Under the pieces are notes generated by a model. It saw only the letters and a program-made list of their open reading frames with translations, made no database searches and was not told where the DNA came from. Positions 24,101-38,074 of a DNA stretch of 64,000 nt are shown in pieces; the stretch's first letter is position 1, and each line of letters opens with the position of its first letter. The translations under genes and the position numbers were made by a program. This DNA comes from Podarcis filfolensis (taxonomy: Eukaryota): assembly GCA_964270895.1 (NCBI GenBank), contig OZ185439.1; one strand, given 5' to 3'.

Positions 24101-27100
24101 TTTTGTCCCACTTTCGTTGCACTATAGTGCAAAGGTGCCCCTCCAGACAAATCGCAGAATAACTAATAAAGCGAAATGATGTGTGGATGGTACAGTATAA
24201 ATCCACCACTTGTCGGCATCCATCTGCCTTGGGAGAAAATGAAAGAGTGCGCCTTTGGGGTGAAGTCAAACGGTTGGATGTAGCCAGCCTTCATGTTTGC
24301 AGACATCTTTGTAGCGCAGAGTTGGTCTGCCAATGGACCTGGTGCCTGAAGCCAGCTCTCTGTAGAGCATGTCCTTGGGGATCCACCGCTAATGCACTAT
24401 TATTGCTTCAATTACATGTTGCGGAATACACCCCATTGAAAAAACAATAGTTTGGAAGGGCCCTGGGAAAGTCAAGAAGGTTGGTCCTGGTCTGTATGTT
24501 ATTTCTGAGTCTGTCCTTGCAATTCAGGTCATATGAAATGCACCTCCCCAGGCCCATTTTCCTTGCTGCCCCCTTTCACCTCTTTCAACAAGAACCTTTG
24601 TTATTATAACACCAGATAAAGCCTTCTAGTCTTCATTGCACCTGAAACTCAGCACTGGCGGCATCTGACTCACCTTGCCTCAGGGTAAGGCTGGCCTAGT
24701 AAAAATGCTCCCATCTTTTCCCATGAGATAAATGGTGCTTAGCTTCAAAACCAGACAACTCAATCATTCCAGGAAGTGACTAGGAGCCTGCCAGATAAGT
24801 GTTGATAGGGAGAGCGCCAAGGGACAAAAGGAGGAAGTTGGACCAGGCAGTGTTGGATGGAGGACTTAAATGGGACTAATGTTGAAAAGGGACCAGGAAA
24901 CACAAGTGACTCTGGGCTGGGATTCTGGTGAGGGTTTCTCGAGGGCAGGTAGATTTATTTGGTTTGTTTTTAGAGGTGGTCTTAGCTGTTTTTCTGGGCC
25001 CAAGGCTTCATCCTGGATGGAATATTTTGACATAGTTATCGACACAGCTGTGCCGATATGATGAACATGTGGTGCCACATCATGAGTGGGGAATGTTTTT
25101 CAGCTAGAGAGCCACTTTCCCTTCGAGGAAAGCTTCTGAGGGCCACATGCCAGTGGTAGGCAGAGCATTGACTTAATTTTCCCTTGTGCAGTAGGCCAGT
25201 TTCAGCACATACAGTTCCCTCACTGTCCTTCATTCAGACAAACAAGAGACATCATAATAGTTCAGTGAAACATTCCGGTCAGGCAAAATACTGGGGGTGT
25301 GAAGCACAGCCCGTGAAGGGAGTGGCTTGGGAGAGTTTCCAGGGGACTTTTGACCCCTAGGTCTGAGGTTTCCCACCCATGTGCTACATGGTTACAATAA
25401 AAATCACCCTTCCCCCAAATTGGACAGCTTTTGCAATTGGTCCACAAGCGTGCAAGTGTTGTGACGTCCATTTCTTTCATGATAATAGTGTACCAGCCAA
25501 AATAAGTTCATTTGAGAACCTGCTAAATAAAATCCATGATTTTGTATAAATCGGGGAATGCAAGTTAGTGGAATAGGTGTTGTAATCTTACTCAAGCAAG
25601 ACTAGAGAAGGGTGGGCAATGGTTCCACTCCCTGCTATCCTTTAGTGCTCCCTGTCCATTCATGAAGATACTTGCCTTTTCGATGGGGTTGTGTCTTTAC
25701 TTTTTAAAAAAGGGAAGCCCAAATTTGTAGAATTCTCATGAGAGCCTTTCAGGCCCCAGCTAGATTGGGAGCATCACTCTCCGTTTTACAGAATCTGCTC
25801 TCCCATACCAGTTCTGAGCTGACGAACGGGTGTTTTTTCTGGAATATTCCCAGAGATAAAGTTTTGGGCCTTGGCTTTTTCCTTAGACACAGTGCACTTC
25901 AGTGCAGCCAAAGTCAATAGCCTTCCGCAGTTCTTCAAATTGCAGCTGCATATGGAGCTGCAGAATTTCTCACATAAACGTATAGCATGAAACTGAATTT
26001 ATGTCGACATATCATTGAAAAAATAATGGATAAAAAAATATTCTGTCACAGACTTCAACACAAACAAGACAAGTGGGAATAGCTTCTGGTTGACACATCT
26101 ATTGTGAATGGTTTCTTTTCTCTCTCCCATCCTCCTTGGCCCCCCCCCCCCCTTTCCACTTCTGCTGATTTTTATGTGAGATGAGAAGTCAGCTTTGTAA
26201 ACAAGAACATTTCAACCCTTATTTTCCCAGGCGGCCTAACAAATTCCACTGCTGTCTGCTAGCATCACTATGCATTTGTGGAAATAGGTCACATTCTGCA
26301 TATCTCTAACTGAAGTTACTATTGTTTACTTTTTTCCTTTTTTAAAAAAAGAGAAGTTGAGATAGTTGCTTCCCTACTTGGAAAAAAATCACTGTAATTC
26401 AAATGACTTTTTTGAAGGGGTCTGATCTATGCGCATGAGATCCTCTGGTAGAAGCAACTGAGAGAATATAAATAAAAGTTCAAAAGAAGAGGGAAACTTC
26501 CAGTGGGGATGAAACAGTTGAAATTCACTGGTTTGATAGGAAGATGGATGACTGGAAATACTGTTCTCTGACACAATTAGAACTTTATGTAGGACTTAAA
26601 AAAAAAATTGTATCTGACCTAACATCCTGCTGTGAGGGTATTTCAGTTCTGCAGGAGCAGAACAGACACATTGGCCCCAATCCAACATGGAGTTAAGCCT
26701 GCTTAAGCCTGTGGATTCAATGACCTTAAACCCGTTTAACTTAGTGTTGGTTTGTGACCCCTCTGTGCAAAAGAGCCTTAACGAATTCTAGATATCCACA
26801 TGTTAACTACTGCTTTTCAAGCTGTGCCTTCAAAATTCATTTATTTCAGTCATTTATGCCCTCCCGTTCCATTAGAATGTTCACCGTGTGTTAAAGTTTT
26901 TTAAATTAAAATATATATACAGTATGACAATAATAGCAATAATGCAAGCCAACAACGTATAAAAGGAGGTAGCAAGCATCCTTGACATAAATGAGCTATC
27001 TAAAAACACAGCCACAAATTTAAAAAGTGCATACAGAGCAGATAACACATTAAAAACATTGCAATAATTAAACTGAAAGCTGTGATCTAAGCACAGAAAC

Positions 27101-28194
27101 CAGGCAACAACAAAAGCCTGTTTAGGTGTAAGGTTTTAGAGGTCGTAAACTCTCCTTTCTTGGAAGTTTTAAAGCAAAGGTTTATCTGAATGAAGGTTGG
27201 AGATGGGTGCATATGCAGAAACCACTGACCTTTGCATGGCAGAAAATGTACAAAGCAGAGAGTCCTATCTGTTACCCTTTTATTTCTGAGACTTGTCTGC
27301 TTTTTCCTCTGTCCCCTCCCACCACAGGCATGTGGCTCCCAAAAGGTTGCCCACAAGGGAATGTGGCCCTCACTCTGCAAAAAGGTTCTCCATCCCTGTT
27401 CTGATGTACATACTGCAGCACTTTCTGCATTTACATCAGCCACTCCCCCAAAGGCTTCTGGGTTATCTAACTGAAGCCTGCCTGCTTGTCCTTCTCCCCA
27501 CAAGGTGATAATTGGGACTAAGCACTTACCAGAATGCCACAGAGATTTCTCCTGGCAGCCACTTAACATTTAATTGGGGTATTAACGCCACCAAAGAAGC
27601 AATTTCTAATAATGATTCATTCACTAGCTGTCTTGAAAACAGTTTAGGATTATAAGCTTGCCTGCAGCTTTGGGTTCACAACAACTGGCCAATGCATGGC
27701 ATTCCTTTAATCAAGGTCCACTGTATTTACCATGCCTGCCGGGATTTTAGGTTCCACAAAAAAAGGCTTCCACAATAAATGTTAACATTTTTAACACTAG
27801 CGGTCACAAGTTGCTCAGCTGTGTGTTCATTTTCTCAGTTATATTAAAAATCCCAGGAAAAGAACTATATTTGTTTATTATAATTAGGGTTGTGTGTATG
27901 TATTTTATGATTTTTGTCAGTAACCTTAACCCAGCAAACGTAACCCAAGAGTTTTTGATTCGCTATGTATGCTGACTCCGTACCATTTTGTTATTTCTTA
28001 ATAGTTTACACATCTCCTTTGGTCACCAAAATGCTTTTATGAATTCATATCTTGTTCTTCCTTGTATTATGTCTGCAGCCATTTCTGGCATTTTGATTAT
28101 GTTTACAGTTGCAAGGTAGGCCACTTTGCAGTGCATTATGCCGTAATTCATAGAATCATATAGCAGGATGGGGGCTCAAACTCATGCAGGAAAC

Positions 28195-28329
28195 TAGGGT
28201 TGCAAACAAAAAAAGAGGACACATTTGCCAACTTCTGCTTTTAACTATGGATCACTATGATGACTCTCATTTTACATACCCCTGAAAAAGAGGACGTGTC
28301 CTGGGAAAAAAGGACATATGGCAGTCCTA
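28195..28329 (-). mobile_element. MITE with TAGGGTTGC termini, inverted relative of 30565-30693
   Basis: Aligns along its length with the reverse complement of 30565-30693. Confidence 0.8.
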
Positions 28330-30564
28330 AGAAACATTGGGCTCATCTGGGATGTGACTGCAGGACCTCTTGCAGCTTAAAATCCTTGATACAAAATCGG
28401 AAGAATATGGCAGCATAGTGGCTGTTTAAAGCTGACATAGGCTCTTGACTTTGCTGGACTCCTGGGCCCTTAAAAATAAAAATCATAATCTGTAAATGAT
28501 TTTTTTGAAAAAGGCACCCACTTGAACAATTCACGACACTTTCCCTTTATCCAAGCTACAGAACCCAATCTGGACATGCTCCCAAGGTCCTTCTACGAAA
28601 GACAGGACTGAAGTCTTATTTAGTTACAGCTTCAAACCAATAAAAGCACAAGCAAAGATAACAAACAAGTATATTGGTGTATATGTAAATAACATTTTTG
28701 TTTCAGATTTCTCCCCTTGCTTTGGAGGAAACAATTTTTTAAACCTAGTAAAGGAGGGGGGGGGGACACTTGAAGTCTTATGTTGTAGTTCCTAAAGGAA
28801 GTGGTCCCAAGGAGCCATATATATTTAACAGCAAATTAGTGCTGACATTTGACTGTGTTTCAATCAGATCTAGTTTTTGGCACTGTTATCTGTATTTTTA
28901 ACATGCTGTGAAGATTCACTTTACCAGCTGCCTTGCTGTGTTGGGGAACGTAGTGCATTCCTTCATCATTACTCAGGGGTCAGAAACTCAGAATTATTTT
29001 AGTATCAGGGAAACAGGAAATAAAATGAGGCTTTTAGAGTTTGAAGGGTTTTTTGTTTTGTTTTTTGTTTAAATGGGATTAAAAGTCTGCTAGTAAGTTC
29101 AGATATTAAAGAATGCCAAGAGAGAAGGATTTGAAGCCCCATTGTGAGGGTTAATAGCAAATGAACAAACTGCTTCTTCGTATGGTGGCAAATGTTGTTC
29201 ATAATGAATAGGAGAATTATCAAGTTTGCTATTTAAGGCTTCTCAAATATGAAGCAACTTTGGGGTTGAAACTTTCAAATTTGACGTTTATTCTGAAATT
29301 CAGTTGTTAAGTTTTGCAGATCACTGACATGTTTTAGATGTGAGTTGTGACGCTGCTAGTTTGGCATGGTGGCGCATGCCACCTTAAGCCACAATGGCAT
29401 CAGGTGACCTGTTTTCATTTGCCCATGTGTTTGAAATCAAACCTGGTGAGCGAAGGCACAGCACTTTGCAAGTGCTGACAACCAAGCTGATTAGTACCAA
29501 TGATAAAGTCTAATGCCTGTTCAAACATCCTGGTGACTGTATGTGGTTTGCAGGCACTGCTAGTCACCTGATAGATGGTACCTGCAAAGCCCACTGTTGG
29601 CCCAGCTGCATCTTTAGCTGCCTCTCAGATGAAAACAGATGGGGCAGGTGGGCTTCACTTGGCCAAAATAGTGTCACAGACAAAATGGGGAAGCCTAAAC
29701 ATGAGTTGAAGAACAGAAACTGAATATTTCACTTGAAAATAGGGATCCTAGCTCAGACATGGACTAACTTAAGGCATGTGGGATCTACTCTCTCTCCCAA
29801 CCCCCAAATCCCAGTCCAGGCTGTGTGTGCAGAGCTAAGCCAGTTACAGAGCTAAGACAACATCCCTTGAGTTATTACCGGGAACAAACTGTATGTGCAA
29901 GTATAAACCTACATGTGAGTTAGCACAGAACAGAGATTCTAACAGCTGAATTTAAGGAGAAACTTTTCACTGCTGTTTTTATGGCAGCAAGAGTCAGAAA
30001 CTCTTGCTGGTCTACTGAAAATCGGCCATCAGTCTACCAATAAATAGATCTACTTCCTGCCCACACTTGTCCTAGATTCAGATACAAATTCCCTCTGAGC
30101 ATATTGGCTGAGTTTGCCATTATGATCTGCAAGGGATTCATCAAGGCTTCATTCCTTCCTCTTTAATTAGTGCTGCTCTTTGTGTTGCCAACACCTCTGT
30201 GGTTCCAGTCTGCAGCCAGCCCTTCAACAACAGACACACAGGCTCAAAGCACCATTATTGTTCTTTTTTCCTGGGTATGCACATCCTAAGTACCTATGAG
30301 ATGTGCCTTTTGAGCCCACAAACCCTCATTGCAGGCTGCATATGCAGTTGCTGGTGTTTGCTGATGCTTACAAAGAAAAGGCCAGATGAGCAGCTTTTTC
30401 TGTGGCAACGCACTTTTAAAGTAGGGTGGTGAGCGCAGCTCTGCCCGCTTCCAGCCATCCATGTCTGTTGCACAGCATTCATCCTGGTCCTACTTCCTCC
30501 AGGTTGGGAAAGGCATAGTTTAATCATCAGAGCCACTTACTGGACGTTCAAAGAGTTGACACAT

Positions 30565-30693
30565 TAGGGTTGCCATATGTCCTCTTTTCCAGGACACATC
30601 CTCTTTTTTTCATGGGTAGAGCTGTCATAGTGATCCATAACTAAAGGTAGAAGTCTGCAAATGTGTCCTGCTTTTAAAAATATGGCAACCCTA
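30565..30693 (+). mobile_element. 129-bp hAT-like MITE with perfect 14-bp TIR TAGGGTTGCCATAT
   Basis: 30565-30578 is the exact reverse complement of 30680-30693; no TSD seen. Confidence 0.85.
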
Positions 30694-32744
30694 TTTCTTG
30701 GAATGCTTTGGAGCCTCCAACTTAACTATAATGTAGGGTGCAGAGCAAGGGAGAAAAATGAATATTTGGTCTGTGTAGTATGAATTTCAGGCACACGTGT
30801 GACTTTAGCTTTAAGAAACACTTGTTAACATTACTGTTTTGTTTAACGGCTTTGCATTATTTCCAGAATGGAACAATGATTCAGAGCACTGTAAATTTTA
30901 TACATATTATGCCTGTCTCACTCCTCTTTGTTCTGCAGCTTCTACCTCTGCAGCATCAACAACCCTTGTTTTATTCTTCCAGAACAGACTGCACCAGCAA
31001 TTGCTGCTGCAAGGGAGTTTTAAAAAATACATTAATGCAAGGCTTATTAACCTGGCATCCACCAAGGCATTATTTCATGCCCTGAGCATGAACCTTGATC
31101 TTCTGATACCCAAGCACTCTTTTTCAAACAATTTCTGGCATTTTAAGAACCAGAGATATGAGGCCAGATGTACAGACACAATTGTTCTCAATTTTTGTGA
31201 GAAATTTGCCTGCTGTGCCTCCCCTTAACCCCCCCCCCCAATTCCTGTATCAAGAGAAAGGTGTGTGTGAGAAAAGAGGTGAATGAATGTGGTCTGTAAC
31301 AGGGAGATACGCACTTGGGCAATGGAGATGTGCAGTGAGTGTGTGCATGATGAGAATATGGTGTGGCACCTTGTATATTTTTCCTGGAAGTGGGAAATGC
31401 TTCCCCTTTTTTTCTATATAGCAACAGCATGTGTGTGTGTGATCAATATTGTGTAATCTCCACACTCAGGGAACAGCAGGACATAGTTGACTTCCATGGT
31501 AAGCCCGAGGTTTTGTCTGAGGTGGGGTTGAGTAAGCAACAAGGGCTGTATCCTCTTTAATTTTGCATTATGCTGTCCCCATGCTGGCCATGTTGTGTTT
31601 GTGCTTTCCCATGCTCCTTTCCATGGCAGCCATTTTGTGATTCACTGCATCTTTTCAAAATTCTAAATACGACTACTGATCTGAAAGATTTGATGGCTGA
31701 TGCATTAACATCTCTACTATGACTTGCATTATGACTTGCTCATTCACATCCCTTGCTGTACTGTTAGGTTTCCAATGAAGCTACCTATCTACAAATTGCA
31801 GGTTTCATATTCTCTAGCTATTATGGGAGACCTGTGGCAGTAGAAAGGGTTTTCTGCCTGTTGCAACCTGAGAACATGCACAGGAAATGTCCAATCACAT
31901 ACTAAAAGAGATGCTGGCTATTTTGCAGAAAGTGGGTCATCCACACTCACTTGACACACTTAATCCTTGCAAGCCACAGCAGTGTGAGCTCTGGGAAGGC
32001 AATCTTGTGGAGTAGGCATAGGCAAGCAGTATAATGCTGCTGCGTAATTAAATTTGGATCCCAGAAGTATATATAATAGCTTGAATTTTAAAAAAAATGG
32101 ATCACTATTCTTCACCAATAACAGTATTTTTACTGGATAATGGTATTGATTTTAAATGCAACACACCAGTTGGGGAAGGAGTGAAAAACAAAAAGGGAAT
32201 GGAAAGGATTTCAAAAAGAAATGAGGATCTGGAGGGGTAGAAAACAGGCCACCCCCACCCCACCCCACCCCAAGTCATACACACAAGGAGGCAGGCAGTT
32301 TTAAAGCATTTGACTCTTTATTGCCCTTCAACATGAAGAATGTTACATGTATTGTCGCTTGAGTGCTGAACTGTGTTCTCATTTATCCTTGACAGATGCC
32401 CATGAGGCAGGTGGTTGTAGAACCTTGGATGCTTCTAGTGAGCAACTTGCTTCATCAAAGCCTAAAGGTGAACTGGGGCCTTATGAGTTCCCTCCAGCCA
32501 TTCTGTCCCTCCCAGGCTCTACTCGCTGTCTGAAGGGTGTGAATTTGTAATGGACCAATCTCTGGAATGATAGCTGGAGCTTCTCCCTCCTACAGCACTT
32601 GCCATTGGGCAGACACAGAGGAAAGAGGTATGTGGAAGGTTCTCAAAGGGTTTTGGCTCAGCTTCAGTATCTGGAACTTGGTGGATGGTGGACAAGCCCT
32701 GCACATGGCAGGCTGATTCTCCTCTGACTCTGAGGTCAAAGTTG

Positions 32745-32875
32745 AGGCCATGACAGACTAGGACTGGGAAGGCCCAGGTTCAAATCCCTAGTAGATGATG
32801 ACACTGACTGGGTGACCTTTGGCTGGTTACTATACCAAAGCCTAACCAGCCTCAGTGTTGTTATGAGACCAAAGT
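32745..32875 (+). mobile_element. MIR/Squam3-like SINE
   Basis: ccaggttcaaatccc B box, then ctgggtgacctttggctggtta...cctaaccagcctca...ttgttatgag. Confidence 0.6.
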
Positions 32876-33472
32876 CCCCAGAGCTGTGGGGTGTGGACAA
32901 ACATTGCCCCTTGTTATAGTAGCAAGTATGTCCCTCTCATCAAGTGATAACACAAAAGAGGGCCACTAAGTCCCTCTTGGCAAATAACAGGGCTGTAAAA
33001 AGTTGTTCCTCCTGCCACTGTAATGAGCTACCACAGAAGCAGAACAAGAATAATATTTTCCACGTATCCCATATCAGAAGAAGCCAATTCCCTCACATTG
33101 ATTTATGGACACCATTTGACTGCCAAACTGGGGGCCCAGTGAGATCTGGATGGTGGGCTTTCAGCTATGGGACTCAGCCCCACATGTTCCAAAGCAATTT
33201 AACTCCTCTTTTCCTAAATGTGCCCTCTGAGTGACTTTCCCTAATGCTTGTAGTCATGAAGGGCCTCTCTTTACCAAGGACTGTCCCACTCCCAAAATGC
33301 CCTCTCTCTTCCTGTAAACATTTGATAAAAAGCAACCCTTTGTCCCAAAGTACATCATCTGCCATCAGTGCAAAATCTGTTTTATATCAAGGTTTTGAAA
33401 GGGTGAACATGACACAACTAAATACATGAAACAAAAATATCCAAAGAGCACAATAAGAATAAAGTTCAAAAC

Positions 33473-33478
33473 TTTATT
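33473..33478 (-). terminator. ABLIM1: Candidate ABLIM1 polyadenylation signal AATAAA
   Basis: Plus-strand tttatt. On the minus strand it is followed by gttttgaactttattcttattgtgctctttgg (U/GU-rich). A second candidate is at 32317-32322. Confidence 0.6.
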
Positions 33479-36418
33479 TGTTTACTTGGTTTGAGTACAA
33501 CAGTGATGTAGATTATAGTGGGGTGGTTGGGTGAGATGAACAGCAATGACGGCCAATGTTTCGTTTTGCAGAAGAAGCAGACTTAACAGTATAGATAGGT
33601 ATTGGTGATTTTTTTTTTTCTTAAACAGAGGCTCCAAATCAGAGCTGTCCTACAACAAAGGAGGAAGAACAAACAAACTTAACGGAAATAATCTGAAAAA
33701 GGTTACTTGGTTGCATTCTGGAAATTGGCTGCCCAGGAAAGGGAAGAAACATGTCATTAAAAACCTTGCAGTTAAAACTTATCAAAGTGGTGCAAAATAT
33801 ATCTCATTAAAGTGATCTTCCTACAGAATATTAATAAGGCTCCCTCACTACAAGGGTTGTCAGCAACTTTTACTATTTTGCACCAAATGATGTCATTAAC
33901 AATACAAAGTGTTGTCATGGGAATACACAACAGTTGATAAAGGTTCTTTTCTGACCTTGCTGGCTGAGAAATAGCCTAACTGTGACTCTTTCCATCAAAT
34001 TCCATGGGATTTACAGCATACCTCGATTGTGCCAGTTGCTTCAATGACAGATTAGTTTGGAAAACAGGCAATGCAAAGTAGTATCTGTTACCCTTGAAGA
34101 ATCAGGCCTGGGAGCAAAGAGCGGCATGAATTTGCCACCAATTTATACTGCTGAACTCCACCAGCTTGCTGAAGTTAATTACCAAACCTCCTGTTAATGT
34201 TCATGGGTTTGGAAGGAAGTCCCTAGAAAATAATGATCCGACTTATGCAGTGTTATCATTCTGACACATGGGTCAGAATTATCTTCAAGATGTAATAATG
34301 AGCATGATTTCACTCGCCTGCCCCATTAGAAAGCATTTTGCACAAAGAAGAAATTCACAAAACTACCTGAAACCCACATTATTTTCTTATGTCATGATTT
34401 GGGGTTAAACTATGCTTACTGGGCCACCTTTTCAAAGGCAGGAATTCAAGAAGGGCCTCTGTAGATTTGCCACTTCTTGGGGCAGCTATATTTCAGGCAG
34501 AAATTCAACTGGCATTGCTTCCCCCCCTCAAGGAACTGTTGGGAAAGCAACACCTGAAAAAAAATTATTTGTTTGTTTACTTATTGCTACAGTCCCTTAT
34601 TAGGAAGAGACTGTCATATTTGGAAAATAATGTCAACTAAAATGTTGCATTCTTTACAGTAGATGGAATTTGGGATCAGGAAGTAGAAATGTGTGAGAGA
34701 AGGGTGGGGGTAGAGAAAAATGTCCTTAGTTAAGCACCAAAAGGAAGCTCTCGCTGTGTTAGGACATGGCATTCTTCTGTGTGGCTGGAGCCTACAGAAT
34801 ATTGGTTCCCCACATGTTTAGAGGGCACATGAGACGTTTTCCAAGAAGAAACCATGCAACAGGTGGTTCACCCACACTTTTAGCTTCTCTTAATTGCTGA
34901 GCTGAGGGACGTCTGCTCAGCGTATGAGACAACTGGGAACTGATGCCATGCTTGGCAGTATAGAAAATGTGTAGAGTGTTGAGATCAGCTGGTGGGACTG
35001 GAAGTTGGTTAATTTGTTTCACTGCATTCAGGAGATACTATCTGTGCCCCTTTCTGTGAGACAGAGAGAAATGTATCTCCAGAGGTCATAGGCTGGAAAG
35101 CGGTAGCATGAAGGGAAGTGCAAAGCCAAATCACTGAGCTGTTGGATGTTGTGGCAGTGACAATAGCATGCCTAGGAATAAGGCATAGAACAGCCAGCCC
35201 ATATATTCCTTTATAGATTAGCTTCCAATCCATTGTCTGATCTTGGTACAAATATCCATTTTTTCCTCTACTGAACAGTGTGGCCTATTGCAGGCCATTA
35301 ATCCAGAATGTTCTTTTGATTGCAAATGGCAGTGAGTTTGAACTAATGAGTCAACACAATATAATGATGGAAAGTCTTACTATAATGCAAATATGGACTG
35401 AAAGTCTATTGGAGCATCCTAATGCTGCTACAACATCATGTGGGATATGTGACAGATTTTAGTGGGTGAGAAGTTTAGGTTTCCACATAACATGGCTAAC
35501 CTCCCCTGCAGAGCTGGGGTCCTTATTATTCTGCTGCCGGCACTCTCCTCCTGCTAACTGATAAAGGATCTGGCATATGATTTTACCAGGTAGCCACTTC
35601 ATAAGCTGGTCATCAGTGTGGTGGTGAAAATGTTACCGCTCACTCTGCTTCCCAGAATTATGGTGTAGACATGTGGTAAGATTATTTTCACCACTTGACC
35701 AGACTTTCACAAAAGACATGTGCTTGCATTTTACCACATGTTCTTCTACAAATCAATATATGATGTATGAAAGATCCTCTTTACAAGGATATGGGCTTGG
35801 ATGACCAACCTATCAAGCGCTTCTATGATAACACCTTTTGGCAAACGGTTCTCTCTGCTGAGCTCTTAAATGTAAGAGCAGGAAGTCCTGAATGTCCTGC
35901 CCTCAAAGGCATCCTTCAGGGGCTGCCATCCTATACATGCTTGAACAGAAGGAAGTCTCAATGAAGACAGTGGGCTTTACTTCTGAGTAAACATGTATAG
36001 TATTTCCCTGTAAGTGACGTGCTAGTGTCAAATTTCTATTGAAAGCAACAGTGAAAACGTCAACAATCACCACTCAAAGTAAAAGATAAATGTATCAAGT
36101 GCACCCTACTGTTGGCAAGAAACAGCTCTGGAGTCTGTGAAAATATGTTATTAACTGTTCTGAAATGAACAGAATATGCACAGCCCTCTAAGCAGTTCTG
36201 CTAGATGAGGGCCACTTCACACAATGCTCAGGACTGCATGTAGATGAGGGAGCATCACTGAATTGAGAAACTGTCTTAGGCGTTCCTTCTTCTAGGCACT
36301 GAGGATAAATAAAGCAAATAGCCTAGGCTGCAGCTTTGAAATATTACAAAAAAAGAAAACCCAAGCGCTCTAACTATGGGTGAGCCTGTAGTTGCCTGAA
36401 TAAAACCAAATCAAACAC

Positions 36419-36792
36419 TGGCCTGGTTCCTATGTCATGCTAAGCCAAATGCATGGGCTCCAGGAGTGCTTCACTTCTCCATGGTCCTGCTGCCATGCGA
36501 CACTGTGCTAAGCAAAGGCATGGCTCACTGGGTCGTCTGAACCCAGGCTTGTGGTTTAGCTCACTCCAGACTTAACCAGAAGTTGCAACCAAGATTTGCC
36601 CTATGATTCATGGTTTACTCAGGAGAGCTAAACCTCGAGCCTGGGTTCAGATGACCCAAGGCAAGGTTTAGCTTAGCACAGCAGTACAAGGACCAGGGAG
36701 GAGCAAAGTCACTACGGTCTCCTCTCTGGGAGCATGTACAGTTGCACTGACTAAGCCATGATTTGGCTTAGCATGATATGGAAATCAGGCCA
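36419..36792. mobile_element. 374-bp foldback/MITE-like inverted repeat in the ABLIM1 3' UTR
   Basis: Termini tggcctg/caggcca; 16/16 arm match tcatgctaagccaaat (36435-36450 vs 36761-36776); inner arm gggtcgtctgaacccaggct matches 19/20. Confidence 0.9.
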
Positions 36793-37960
36793 TTACTTAA
36801 CTTGATAGTGTGCTGTGTCATCAAAGCATCCAAGAAAGTGGCTGATCTGTCATTTTTTAGCAGCAAAATTTCCAGGAGGTGTCTTGTTTCATAGCATCTC
36901 CTCTACAAAGTGGATTAAATACCATTTTTTTGTCACAGACATTCTGGAGTTCAACTGTACAGCACGCCAATGGATGTATGCAGGTATAGGCGACAGTAGC
37001 CCCGATTCAGTCGTTCCCCTTGTAATGGGATGGAACTTGCTTTGGTGTAGTCAGGTCCCTTCCCACACTATTGATGTTTGCAGGGTTGAGCCATCTTTGC
37101 AGGGATGATGTGATTATTTCCCATCTGCTAGACATCATAACAGGTGGTGACAGCATGGGAAGCAACGACATAATTGCAAGAGCCCACATACTAGTCCTTT
37201 AGAAACATTACCAAAGCAGCATGTGGCTAGCCCATGCCCCATGGATTGCCACATGGCACAAGTAGCATCTGAATTAAGCCTACCCCTGTATTTCACTTTG
37301 GAAATACTTTTTTCAACACAGAACGAGAAAACCAACTCTTTCATTTTTGGCTTGCTGCTCTTGTTAACACTTAGCAAACTCGCTTAAAGCCGGACAAAGG
37401 GAGGAGAGAAGACTTGACAACGAAATAAGATAATTTGTTCTTAAGATTCCTAGCAGATGTGCGCAAGTGCAAGCTGGGAGTTTCCTTGCAAAGAATTTGG
37501 CTGGTATGCAGCAGAACTCTGGCTCAGTGGCCTGCTTTGCTGATGGGCACTGCAACAATAATAGGCCATTTGAAGGCAAGGCCAATTAATTGTAATGGCT
37601 GTGCCCAAAGGATAAATATATTACACAGGATTCCTTCGTTAGCTACAGAATATAGTCATTCATTCCTTGGAGAGACCATGACGACGTAATTGTGGGTTGG
37701 CATCCTATTGGCACTTCCTGGCTCTATCAGCATTGCCCCTTGACCTTTAAATAAAAGTGAAGGGAAATGAGGGAGGGCAGAGCAGCTCCACATTATGTAT
37801 TGATGCCATGTAAAAACTTTATAATGCATAAAGACCACTGCTGAGATTTAGAATGTCAACATTTTTGGGTCACAACTCTCTGGCAAGCTTGAAAGGCCCT
37901 TGCACAACTGCAAGGAATATATAGGTGCCTTTCTCAGATTTTCCCTTTAGCCCCCATTTC

Positions 37961-37985
37961 CTCTCTCTCTCTCTCTCTGTCTCTC
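37961..37985. repeat. (CT)n microsatellite, (AG)n in the ABLIM1 3' UTR
   Basis: Read directly. Confidence 0.85.
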
Positions 37986-38074
37986 GTGGTTGCTCTCCAA
38001 AAAGCGTTTGAACTTAAGTATGATACATTATCCTATATGTGGCATTTTCTCCCCTCCAAAGGAGAGAATGGGAT

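Larger units (their letters stand above)
33455..38074 (-). other. ABLIM1: ABLIM1 3' UTR, about 4.6 kb, end inferred
   Basis: Runs from the stop codon to the AATAAA at 33473-33478, which has U/GU-rich sequence downstream. I saw no canonical PAS between 38074 and 36790; the rest of the UTR was not exhaustively scanned. Confidence 0.6.

Noticed and set aside
24210-24275. Possible RTE-type LINE 5' fragment
   Set aside because: Too short to assign from memory.
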